Shown here: piece after piece, positions 1-10,863 of the stretch
Layout: every line of letters starts with the position of its first letter
Numbering within the stretch: the first letter of the stretch is position 1
Translations under genes and position numbers: made by a program
The notes under the pieces: generated by a model
Seen by the model: the letters and a program-made list of their open reading frames with translations, nothing else
Told to the model about the DNA's origin: nothing
Databases searched by the model: none
Assembly (NCBI GenBank): GCA_964234715.1
Contig: OZ174288.1
DNA: 64,000 nucleotides
DNA from: Podarcis melisellensis
Taxonomy: Eukaryota
Strand: one strand, 5' to 3'

Positions 1-90
1 TTTCCTAAAGTGGTGCTTCAGGTTAAGAACAGTTTCAGGTTAAGAGCAGACCTCCAGAACGAATTAAGTACTTAACCCGAGGTACCACTG
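1..90. mobile_element. Tc1/mariner-type MITE, right part (cut by window edge)
   Basis: Ends CTTAACCCGAGGTACCACTG followed by TA; same family as the copies at 27240, 42022 and 53735. Confidence 0.85.
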
Positions 91-294
91 TACCAATAAT
101 AATGCTAAACCTGACAGTTACCTGAAATTTATTCAATAAACAATGAAAAAGAAGAGTGTTGTCTATTAAATGAGCACATATATTTAGTTACCATGATTAT
201 TCAAATCTGAGACCTAGTACAGACTGCAAATTATTTGAAAAGATTAAGTAAATTTCCTATTAAGAAGTCAAAGCTACAAGGCTTATAACATAAC

Positions 295-516
295 CTTCAA
301 AGACTAACTTTCTGATGGTAAGAGCTGTTTGACAGTGAATGGACTCTCTCGGAAGGTGGTGGGTTCTCCTTCAATGGAATTTTTAGGCAGAGGTTAAAGC
401 AAAAGTTAAAGGATTCTTTTCAAGGATGCTTTAGCTGAGATTCCTGCATTGCAGGAGGTTGGACTAGATGATCCCCAGGGTTCCTTCCAGCTCTGCAGTT
501 TTATAATTGTATGACT
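295..516 (+). mobile_element. CR1 LINE 3' end fragment (old)
   Basis: Degenerate ORF2 end plus GGTTGGACTAGATGATC...CCTTCCAGCTCT terminal motif. Confidence 0.75.
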
Positions 517-3155
517 CATAATTCATAAGCATATTTCAATGAAGAGCAACAGAACTTTAAAGAGTGTGCTAATCAATAACTAGAGTTACCCATTAGTTGT
601 TCCTTTTGGGGTCCCATTATACACTATCAAAAAGGATATGATGCTTTGCATTAGAGAAATCCATAAACTTTTATAAAAGGTAAAAGTGCAGTTCTTCATC
701 CTATATATTGGTTTTTCATCCTCTATTCTAAATCCTCACGGAGTTTCTTCAGAATTAAATTGGTTTATCATGTACTGCACGGAGGTGACAAGTGATATTT
801 TACCTTTATGAATCTTGATTAGCAAAACCTCAGAGCAATGAACCTTTCTCAAAGGGAAAAAAATACAATGGAATTAACACTGACAGCTATAGATTAAAAG
901 CTATCAGGCATTAAACTATTAAGCCTTTTTTTTTACTTCCGTAAAAACATTTTCCTTGCAAACTACCAACCCATTACATTATCAATGATATATCAGTTTT
1001 ACTCTGTTAATGGAAATCTAAATCACCACCATGTCAGAAATACACTATTTACAAGGTCACTAATCAAAACAGGATATTAAACAAAGAGTGGGGCATACTC
1101 TGCTCAAAGACAGTACAGAAACTGTTTCTAAATTTACAGCACTAGGGCATTCACAGGTCATGAGACACCCCCACAAAAAATCAAATTACATCTCCGCTTC
1201 ATTCTCAAACACTACGTACTGTGTGGTACCATATGGGGCCACAGCCGCCCAGGATCTATATACGGCACCACTGCAAACTTTTGAGATTGTGTTGCTGTCC
1301 CACAACCAGTCCAGTTCCACAACTCTCAACAGTCATTCATGTAGGCCTCACATACAAGTGCTGTCATGCTGTCTGGCTACAAGCACTGTCAGTCCTGCGC
1401 ACTTCAGAGGTGCATGTGGGAAGCTGTCAGTAAATTCAACCAGCCCACATGAAGCAAATCCTAGGGTAAAAGATGTGTTAGTTGTTAAGGTGCCACAGAC
1501 ATGTTGTTGCTTCAGACTTTAGATGGGCAAGTATACAACTTCTCAGCTCACTCTGCATTCCAGTCCTAGTCCCAATTATAAAACAGCAGAACCTCCAACG
1601 AAACAAGACTGATGTATATTTAACTGTGTGCAGCACTGCAGCCCAACTGAAACCTGAATGCATAAATAATTTCGTCTTGATTCAGTATTACTGCCTCATA
1701 GCTCTTGGATACAGAATAGGTAGGTGATCAAGTGTAAGGGCCTGGTAGAATTTCAACCTGATACATGTGGCTTTGCTTTCCTTGTTCCATGGTCAATGGA
1801 TTAAAAAAGAGAAGAAGTGCAGAGACTGCACCAGACTCTGGCCAATGACATATGAAATTGGTAACTTGTAGATGTAAAGGAATATTTTTGCAGCTGCCTG
1901 AATAGTTCATACAATAATAAAACTGCAGAGTTGGAAGGGACTCCGGGAGTATTTTGGGAGAACCGACCCCACGCACCAGACCTTCTTGGCACAACTACAG
2001 ACTCATCCTTCTCCCCCTTTCTTTATTTGGCAATAGATTACCCTCTTCAATGTTACCAATTCCCAACTCCAATAAAAGAATTGTTCTATCAGCACTATGC
2101 CCAGAAACATGCACACCTCTCTGCTTGAAAGTATTAGAGGAGCAATAATAAAAATTGTGAAGTGGCATGATATCGCTGAGCAATTTCACACAGGTCATCC
2201 TGTGGATGGCTGTTGATATTAATAACCAATATGTAAGTCCATGTTATATCTGGATTTGAAATTTTCTTCCTATGTGCATAAAAATGCAGCCCCTATTAGA
2301 TTTGTAGTGCCACAACACAATCTTGAATTTGCATGACGTCAGGGGAAGGTAGAGAAAAGAGATGGCAGGTTTTCCAATGGAGGTTTTAAACTGCAACAGA
2401 GGTTGGAGTAAAGCAGAAATGTGGAGCCACAGAGGAGCTGTGAGGATGTTGGTGTGGGACTAGTATGTACCACATACAGGCACAAACACACACAAACCAT
2501 GGACATGGGGGTTATGTTCTGTGTTACCTCACACATCAATAACATTTTTTGAATATATTTATAGTTGAAAAACCACTGTAAACCCTGCAAACACCCCATT
2601 CCACTATGCCCCATTCTGCCACACCCTAGTCTACTCCTTTTTGTATCATTTTTGCAATGTTTTGGGTCACTTCTGGGTTCAGCATGATGGTTGGGTGCAC
2701 CATCAGGCACATATTGAATGCGCATAAATGGGGGGTTGCCTGTAACTGGTAGTTGTCATTGTTTTGGAAAGCTGTTCCCCTTCCCGCTAAAACATTCAGA
2801 CACAGGGAGAGTTAATGTTCTCAATGACATGGTCATAACGGTCATAACCACATGCAGAAGACACCGAGGGACAAGAATTTGCTATTATCCTCCAAAGGAA
2901 TGACAACAGAAATGGGAAATAGGTGCAAGAACAAATACTGTTATCATGTTTGCCTTTCTTTCCCCAGTGTAAATCTACATTGCTCCATGACAGGTTTTGA
3001 TGATACACAGAGCATGGGAACATATATTAAAATAATTTATTAGCCACCATTGTAGAAGTGGACAAAGGTTAACCTGGAAAAAGTTTCTGACCTGGCAATC
3101 ATTAATTTTTAAATATACACCTCTGTATTCATCATCCTGTATTCATCAACTTCTC

Positions 3156-3158
<3 letters not shown>

Positions 3159-3220
<62 letters not shown>
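3159..3220. repeat. (AG)n microsatellite
   Basis: About 30 perfect AG units. Confidence 0.95.
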
Positions 3221-3224
<4 letters not shown>

Positions 3225-4464
3225 GTCCATGGATAAAGTAAAAGAAAGGTTTTTGTCTGCTTCACGATTTTTAATTAATGTAATTCCAAAATGAATCTGT
3301 AGTGGGATTCAAAATAGGGCTAGTTCCAATATCTGCAGACACTAAAAGAGAAAGAAAGAAAAGCATCTATAGCTAGTCAATTGCCAGAACTAAAATTTAC
3401 AAGCTCCCCAATAAACTCTGCTTTCTCAATGCTCCCTCCCATTTTTGTTTCCATGGGAACAATAGATGATGGATTGCCCAAAAATGTGACCTGAAGTTTT
3501 AAAATAATCAGTGCTTTGAACCTGTGATCATTATTAAGAAAGTCTCACATTCTGTGTCTAGTAGAGCAGGAGTCCTAAAGGAGGAGAAGGACAAGAATAA
3601 ATGGCGGCTGGCAGCCAGCAAAAGAGATTTTAGAGCACCAGCAGGCGTCATTTGGTACTAATCAAGATAAACTGCTTCTTTCTCTAAAATCAAATGCAGA
3701 CTTCAGTAGGATCAACCATCTTCCATTTTCATACATAAGATATAAAACCAGAGGTGAGAGTAAGAAGAATCCATCAGACACAATGTTGATGAGGTGTTCC
3801 CAGTATGCATTTCTTTCATACATACCACTGAATGTGCTTCCCCAAATCATTTCATTTTCCAGATTTATAAATCGCTTAATAACCAAAAACTATTGAAGCA
3901 GTGTACAATAGGAATCATGCATGAAAACAGTTCACAATGAAAAGCAAGCATCCTCTGCTTTCTCTTCATAATAGCTAATGAGATGTAAAATGACATTTGG
4001 CACTGCATGAGAAGTGAATGTATTGCTCTAAGATCTGGGGTTTGGCCATCTGAGGGTTATGGTCAGTGGGCCAAGTTGTGAGACACATACTTTGTTAGAG
4101 AAACTACAATCTGATAACTGGGTAATGGTGGGCACCCCATTGCCTCTAGCAGAGGCAGGGGAGCAGGAGAGCCAGCTGCGAGCAGAGAACAATATTCTGC
4201 AGTTTTGTGTCACAGACTGAAAAGGGGACAGAGATATAGAATGACAGAGAAAGAGAGCTGAGTTTGGGCTTTGTAAGCTAGCAGCACTGGCCATGTTGGG
4301 TTGGTCATCTTGCCCTGGAGATACAGTGCATTGCTTTTTCCACTCTACTATTTGAGTCTAATTAGATTTAGAGTTCATTCTTTCAAGTTGTTAGACTACC
4401 TTTCCTGTTGGTCCTTTTCAATATCCTAAAACCTCCCTAACTTTTCCGGGGATGGAGAGAAACT

Positions 4465-4540
4465 TTCTGAAGAATTGTGCATGCACACGAAAGCTCATAC
4501 CAATAACAAACTTAGTTGGTCTCTAAGTTGCTAATGGAGG
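4465..4540 (+). mobile_element. Penelope-like element terminal fragment
   Basis: CTGAAGAA...GCACACGAAAGCTCATACCAATAACAAACTTAGTTGGTCTCTAAG, a recalled Penelope 3' motif. Confidence 0.6.
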
Positions 4541-4861
4541 GATTTTTTTACAAAAATTTCTTTCAGCTAGGTATTAGGGTTGCCAGGTCAGGAGCACCAC
4601 AGGCCCTGAGATTTCAGAGCCCAAATTTGCGACTTAGGGGTAGTCCTGGTGCTGTCCTTGGGAGTGGGCTCCAGTGACATCATTAAGTATGACATATTAA
4701 GCATTAACCAGTTTCTGAATATGTCCTTTCAAATGAACAAAGAGGTCACTAGTTAGAAATTAAGATAAAAACCTTAGTTAAAGAATGTGTTCCCAGGTCC
4801 AGCTGAAGTGAGAGGACCTTTCTTGCTCACCTGCTTGTGAAGCCTGGGTAGGGAATATTTA

Positions 4862-5011
4862 CCATATTTTTCCATGCATAAGACTAGGTTTTTTTCCTTT
4901 AAAATAATGTCAAAACTTAGGGGGCATCTTATACACGGGGCTATCTTCCCCCATTTTCTGAAATCTAAATTCCCCCAAAATAGGGGCCGTCTTATAGATG
5001 GAAAAATACAG
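4862..5011. mobile_element. Tigger/pogo-like MITE
   Basis: Imperfect TIRs CCATATTTTTCCATGCATAAGAC / GTCTTATAGATGGAAAAATACAG flanked by TA. Confidence 0.75.
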
Positions 5012-6494
5012 TAATCTATCATACTTGCTTCTGGCCAGAGCATTACTAGATATGCAGTCACAGCTGAATAGACTATCCAATTCAAGCAGTGGTTGAATGT
5101 GATTCACTCCATTCCCAGACACGTGTGATGGGCAGGCTCAGCAACATCAGTGGATATATAGCGTATTTATCATTTCTAATCTCTGAGCAGCTTACAAATG
5201 CAAAGCAAAAAGCAACATCACCATAACGAAATACACTATCAATATTTGAATGACCAATGGCAGTGATATAAATCAAGACTTGCAGGACAATTACTTTCTG
5301 TTTTGAGCAAGTTACTTCCGCAATTTGTTGACATCGTGTTCCACAGTATTAGATCTGCTAACAAATTCCAGTTGGGGGACTTCGTGTGAGAATCTGTCTC
5401 TGAAACTCGGTGTTATCGCTGCTGTTTTTGGCAAGGATAAAGTCTGCCACAGGATGTCCTGGAAGATTAAAATGCTTCCCACACTGGTTCCTGAGTGTTA
5501 CCATGTTTCAGGCTGGCCTGCTGTCCACTTATTCTTTTCCTCAGAGGTTGACCTTTTTATCCTATGTAAATGTTTTAAATCCACAATAGACTCTTCTGTA
5601 TTTTAAGAAATAATATAGGTCATACAAATTTTGCTGAGTAATGACACATTCACAAATGCAGATGACATTTTAAAACATGCATCAGAAATGGGTTTCTTTG
5701 TGGATATTTCTGGATTGGTTTGTCTGTTTGCTTGTGTGTGTGTTTCTTTTTTCCAAGAAAAAAATCCATTTTTAATTGCACACCTGTTGCCTAAAGTTTT
5801 GGTGTGACCAGGAGCCAAACATCTAACATACATCAAAGAGGCCCATGAAATTTCAGGCGGGCCATTTACAATTTATTTAAATGAATTTGCAATCTGTTAG
5901 GTGAAGGCCAGACACAAAACTGCTAGAGATTCCACTCACAGTAAAGGATCATAGATAAGCCACGGGCAGGCTGCCAGTTCCTTCCTTTCTCTCCAGCACT
6001 AATTAATGCAAAGTCGGCTTCACATTCCTTTCCATGGACCAAATGCTTCAAATACAAGCTAAGTTTTGTTCAGCACAGTTGACCTGATACTCATAGGCTG
6101 CAAAAGCCAAAGCACATCACAAGCATGCAAGGGTTTGCTTGTTGTTTTGTTTACTGAATCATGAATAAAGCTTTCAAACATGAAAAGGAAAGCTTTTAAA
6201 GCAGTCCTCTAAAAAAACACAACTTGCATCAAAAATCCATAGCAATAGGTTATGTAACTGGCCAAGCAACATTCTGCACTCTGTGGTTCCTCTTTATTTC
6301 TAGCTGAATAACAACAGCTATTATTGTTATAATTAAAAAATCCAAACAAGCACTGTCACAACATAAGGAAGGAAACATGTGTCCAACTAATGTTCCACTA
6401 GCGCAAGCACTGTTCTCCTCTTGCGCACCTAAATATGTTTTGGGGGCATATGGAGAAGAGAGGAAGGGCAGCTCAGAGATGGAAGGAAGAAACA

Positions 6495-6860
6495 GACCCG
6501 ACCAAAGAAGAATGGCAAACCAGTTGATGGGCTATGTTGAAATGGCAAAATTAACTGGGAAGCTCAGGAACCAAGAAGACAATAAATTTTAAAAAGAATG
6601 GGGAAAGTTTGTAACATATATACAAAATCATTGCAAACAGGTTAAAGCATTAACAGTATTCTAAATACACTTGTAATGTAACAGACAACTTAATGTACAG
6701 ATAACTTAGGAAGATGAAAAATCGGAGAAGTATTGCTATGCAGTTGAAAATAGAATTAAGAGGACCCATGGAGGGGATGGGGGGTCAGAAGATTCAGCGT
6801 AATCTTGACATGCAGAATTTGTATGATCTTTTGATGTAAGCTTATCTTTTTTCTATTTTT
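6495..6860 (+). mobile_element. L1-clade LINE 3' fragment (old)
   Basis: LMGYVEMAKLTGKLRNQEDNKF resembles the ORF2 C-terminus of the L1 at 18109. Confidence 0.7.
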
Positions 6861-6890
6861 TTCTTTCTTTATTTTTGAAAATCAAATAAA

Positions 6891-6893
<3 letters not shown>

Positions 6894-6953
<60 letters not shown>
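6894..6953. repeat. (GA)n microsatellite
   Basis: Perfect dinucleotide run. Confidence 0.95.
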
Positions 6954-6955
<2 letters not shown>

Positions 6956-7602
6956 TTCCACTGAGTAGTGGAAAGGACTTGCACAAGCAGAACTTTTTTA
7001 TGTAGTTGGATACTTTCCAGAGTTATCAGTACCAATGCTATCAGTATTAGGGGGAATTAGAAACTGTTACCTACTTTGTAGATGGGAACCCTTAAAATGC
7101 ACCGAGTGCCTGCATCATACCACATGCCTTACAGGCACTGGAACTGTCACTTTTGTTGGGTATACAGAAGAAGATGGCAATAGATTCTGTAATTATCAAG
7201 CTGGTCTCACTACACAAATTTACTCAGACTTCAGAATCTGGTTGCTTCCAGGCAGGCTGTCTATTTGCACAAGATCTGGTTGTTATCCCACACTTTCTAG
7301 TGATTATCCCAGCACTTGTTTAAACATGAAAAGAGCCCATTAGGAAAAATGCCCTGGAAAATGCAGGATAACAACCACTAGCTGGCAATGTTGTATAACT
7401 CCAGTGAGGGGGTGGGGCTCTGGTTTCCATTTCCTCTTGGAGCCTCTTCTTGCACAGATAGAGAAGACATCCTGATATGTACATGTATAATGGAAGGTTT
7501 TGAAATACAGTGAGCATCATCTTAGGCCATCTTTGACACCAATTTAAAACAAATTTTCTTTCCCCATTTTTATTGGCAGCCAGTAGGAGATATTTTGTCA
7601 GA

Positions 7603-8152
7603 TGTTGTTGTTGTTTAGTCATTTAGTCGTGTCCGACTCTTTGTGACCCCATGGACCAGAGCATGCCAGACACTCCTGTCTTCCACTGCCTCCTGCAGTT
7701 TAGTCAAACTCATGTTAGTCGCTTCGAGAACACTATCCAACCATCTCATCCTCTTTCATCCCCTTCTCCTTGTGCCCTCCATCTTTCCCAACATCAGGGT
7801 CTTTTCCAGGGAGTCTTCTCATGAGGTGGCCAAAGTATTGGAGCCTCAGCTTCAGGATCTGTCCTTCCAGTGAGCACTCAGGGCTGATTTCCTTCAGAAT
7901 GGAGAGGTTGGATCTTCTTGCAGTCCATGGGACTCTCAAGAGTCTCCTCCAGCACCAGAATTCAAAAGCATCAATTCTTCAGCGATCAGCCTTCTTTATG
8001 GTCCAGCTCTCACTTCCATACATCACTACTGGGAAAACCATAGCTTTAACTATATGGACCTTTGTTGGCAAGGTGATGTCTCTGCCTTTTAAGATGCTGT
8101 CTAGGTTTGTCATTGCTTTTCTCCCAAGAATCAGGCGTCTTTTAATTTCATG
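7603..8152 (-). mobile_element. BovB (RTE) LINE, 5'-truncated
   Basis: RVPWTARRSNLSILKEISPECSLEGQILKLRLQYFGHLMRR; 3' end GGGGTCACAAAGAGTCGGACACGACT with a (CAA)n tail. Confidence 0.92.
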
Positions 8153-8329
8153 TTATCGTGTTGTTGGGGAAGGCTTTGGTAATTGCAGCCATATTTCGAT
8201 GGGGTAGGTTCTGATCATTATTGCTGGCCACTTTGTATGTGTTTGTTGCAGATTATTTTGAATTTTGTTTAAAGAATTTTTAAAGAAAATTGTTATTACC
8301 CACTCTGGTATCTCAAAATTGACAAGGAG

Positions 8330-8735
8330 TGGAATATAAATCCAATGAAAAAAAAACGATAAAAAATAACCTCTGAGCAGACATATCAAGAGGAATGCTG
8401 AACAAACAGTTGTTGCCATATAACCTCTGCAGTTTCGGGCAAATAATATGAGCATGAATATGGTTGCCTGACTTTTGTGGAACAGCATCCCTGTAGAGAT
8501 ATGACAGACTCCCACTATCTGCACTTTCCAGTAACACTTAAAGACATATTTGTTTTGGAAAGCTTTTCCAGTTCAATGAAAAACTCTCTGCCTTAGGTGT
8601 CCATTCTGTATTGTTTTTAAACTCATTTTGTGTTGTAGTTCGTACTGCTTTAACAACTATTTTTAGCTGCTTTTATGGCATGCTTATAAATGGCCTTGAG
8701 ATGCATGCAAATGGTGATCCATGCCTTAAATAAAT
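8330..8735 (+). mobile_element. L2 LINE 3' fragment (old)
   Basis: TGGAACAGCATCCCTGTAGAGAT...CACTTAAAGACATATTTGTTT motif ending in TAAATAAATAAA. Confidence 0.55.
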
Positions 8736-8989
8736 AAAATGAATGAACACTCAATGAAGAGCAAGCCTGCTGTTTTTCCTAGGTTTATTTTCTCACCACA
8801 ATGAAGAAGCGACCACACTTCAACTGAAGAAAAACTGGCATACATTTGTGATATAAATATGCCCCCAAGACATTCCATTGATAGGTAGCCAGGTACACAT
8901 TTTCTTCTTTTCCTACTTGTGATTTCTAGAACAGTGTTTCCCAACCGGTGTTCCGCGGCACACTAGTGTGCCGCGAGACGTTGCCTGGT

Positions 8990-9810
8990 GTGCCGTGGGA
9001 GGGAGGCGGGCGAGTCGGGCGGCGAGATGCGGGGCGGCGGCGGCATCTCCTGCTGGATGCAAATCCAAACATGGCGGGCGCCTCCCTCGCTCCTTTGTAG
9101 GCGGACCATCGAGAGAGAAAGAAAAGGAGGCGAAAGAGCGAGAGAAGGCGCCTGCGCGGAAAGAGGAGCGAGCAGTGCGCCTGCGCACCGCAGCGCCCGA
9201 GTGCAGTGAAATTCCGTGAAGAGGGGAGGGGGGCTGGAAAAGAGAGAAAGGAAAGATTTTTCATTTTTTTTAAAAAAAAAAAAAAAGGAAGAGGGAAAGA
9301 AGAGAAAAAGCGGCAGAAGCTGAGGGGAAGGTTTCCGTGAGGGAGAGAGAGAGAGAAACGCGGGGCTGGCGGGACCCCTCCTCTTCCGCCACGCGTCGCC
9401 CGCCACCACCTCAGAATCTCCTCAGGAGCGGCGGCGGCTGCTCCCCCTCACCCCCTTCCTCCCCCCAGCCCCCTCCCAACCCCCGGACGAGGGATGCGAG
9501 GCGGCACCGCTGAGAGGACGGGAAGGCCCCCGGCGGCGGGGTCGGCTCGAGCAAGGAGGGGCGAGCGCTAGCCGGCTGGCTCTAGCCCGGCAAGAGGAGG
9601 AGGAGGAGCACGCCGTCGCTTCGACAGCGGCCGCCCCACACTCCCCTCCCCGGGCACTGGCGGGGAGAATGACGGAGCTCCAGTCCGCGCTGCTACTGCG
9701 GAGACAGCTGGCAGGTCGGTCCGTCCGTCCATCGGGGCAAAACACACCACAGCGCAGGCAGAGGCAGGCAGGCCCGTCTCTCCCTGCCCCCCCCTCGGAC
9801 CTGGCCGGCC
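8990..9810 (+). promoter_or_regulatory. CpG island / housekeeping-type promoter sequence inside the hAT element
   Basis: Very GC- and CpG-rich relative to the AT-rich flanks. YY1-like AACATGGCGG at 9068-9077. NRF1-like TGCGCCTGCGCA at 9176-9187 and GCGCCTGCGCG at 9148-9158. GC boxes. Activity not shown. Confidence 0.65.
9669..9714 (+). pseudogene. UBE2G1: Captured copy of UBE2G1 coding exon 1 (46 nt) with GC-rich 5'UTR upstream and splice donor/intron start downstream
   Basis: ATG ACG GAG CTC CAG TCC GCG CTG CTA CTG CGG AGA CAG CTG GCA G|GTCGGT encodes MTELQSALLLRRQLA, the N-terminus of UBE2G1. Similarity stops at a phase-1 GT donor. No exon 2 (ELNKNPVEGFSAG...) was seen in the window. Confidence 0.88.
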
Positions 9811-10026
9811 TGGGGTTTGCACCCCAAACATTCATGTCCACCCCAGCTACACAAGCCACACCTTGCTCTCAGTTCGATCTGTCAAATAACTCACCTATCA
9901 TTCACATAAAGAACCTAGTCTATCCTCAAACGTCAGAATGTACCTCCTCTCTAGCTTCCCCCACTTCATCTAGGCACTTTCAGCCCTTACTTAACCCACC
10001 CCAGCCTGCTTACTCTTCCTTCATTT

Positions 10027-10152
10027 GCTATAAAAACTAAATACAGAGAGAGACTGAGAGCTGTTGACGAAGAGCTACGTGTGTGTCTTTCTTCGATTCC
10101 AGCCAGAATATCAGCTTTGTGTTCAGCCAAACAGGCCCAGGTTGCGCACTGA
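10027..10152 (+). pseudogene. hAT transposase C-terminal remnant (41 codons + stop)
   Basis: [41 protein letters not shown], matching the IKTKYRxRL...LRVxLS...KQAQxxH ending typical of Charlie/Buster transposases. AATAAA at 10152-10157 and 10201-10206. Confidence 0.88.
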
Positions 10153-10423
10153 ATAAAGTATTTTATAATTTTACATATTTCTGTTTACTTACTATTTCAT
10201 AATAAAGTAATTATAAAATACTTTCTTTGTGTTTATTTGATTCCTATTAAAGAGAGTTACTTTATATATAGTCAATATAGGCACAGAGTTAATTTTTTAA
10301 ACATTTTCTAATGGTGGTGTGCCTCGAGATTTTTTTCATGAAACAAGTGTGCCTTTGCCCAAAAAAGGTTGGGAAACACTGTTCTAGAAGCATTAAGCTG
10401 CAGCTCTTGGAAAGGGGGGCGAG

Positions 10424-10863
10424 TCTTCTTTTTTCTTCTTTGGCAGTCAATCGTAGCTGAGTAAGATTGTCTTCCATAAACACAGTTTTAACAGTGAGTC
10501 CCTAAGTGACTGTGGATGCCAATTCTGGATCCACACGTCCTTCCACAGTGAGGACATTGGTTTCCAGGCGGGAGTTGATCACAGTGTGGATTTGCCAAGC
10601 ATGCCTTCCTCTTAGCACATTTTTCCCTTGTGTCCTGAGTTTAAGTGTCTTCAAAGCCCATGACACCTTTGGTAAAGACTGTTCTCCAACTGGCAAGCGT
10701 TTCCCAATTGTTGGTGTTTATATTACATTTTTTTTAGATTTGCCTTGAGACAGTCTTTAAATCTATTTTGTTGACCATCAGCATTGCGCTTTCCATTTTT
10801 AAGTTTGGAATAGAGTAGTTGCTTTGGAAGACGATCATCAGGCATTGGCACAACATGACCAGT
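10424..10863 (-). mobile_element. RTE-clade LINE 3' fragment
   Basis: GHVVPMPDDRLPKQLLYSKLKNGKRNADGQQNRFKDCLKANLKK, an RTE ORF C-terminus; (GAA)-rich tail. Confidence 0.85.

Larger units (their letters stand above)
8932..10381 (+). mobile_element. Non-autonomous hAT (Charlie/Buster-like) DNA transposon carrying a captured host gene fragment (Pack-type element)
   Basis: TIRs CAGTGTTTCCCAACC (8932-8946) and GGTTGGGAAACACTG (10367-10381). Identical 8-bp TSD TTCTAGAA at 8924-8931 and 10382-10389. Subterminal GTGTGCC repeats. Transposase C-terminal remnant inside. Confidence 0.95.

Noticed and set aside
1088-1522. 144-aa ORF
   Set aside because: Non-ATG start, no recognisable homology, and it ends in a Penelope-like remnant.
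9669-9714. Processed (retro)pseudogene of UBE2G1
   Set aside because: Similarity ends at the splice donor and continues into intron-like sequence. There is no exon-exon junction and no polyA tail.
8913-9859. Many overlapping Arg/Ala/Pro/Gly-rich ORFs on both strands
   Set aside because: An expected by-product of stop-codon scarcity in a CpG island; no recognisable protein.
9669-10040. 123-aa ORF as the real UBE2G1 gene or a nested gene
   Set aside because: Only the first 15 codons match UBE2G1; the rest is read-through of intron sequence. No later UBE2G1 exons were seen, and the whole piece lies inside TIRs with a TSD.
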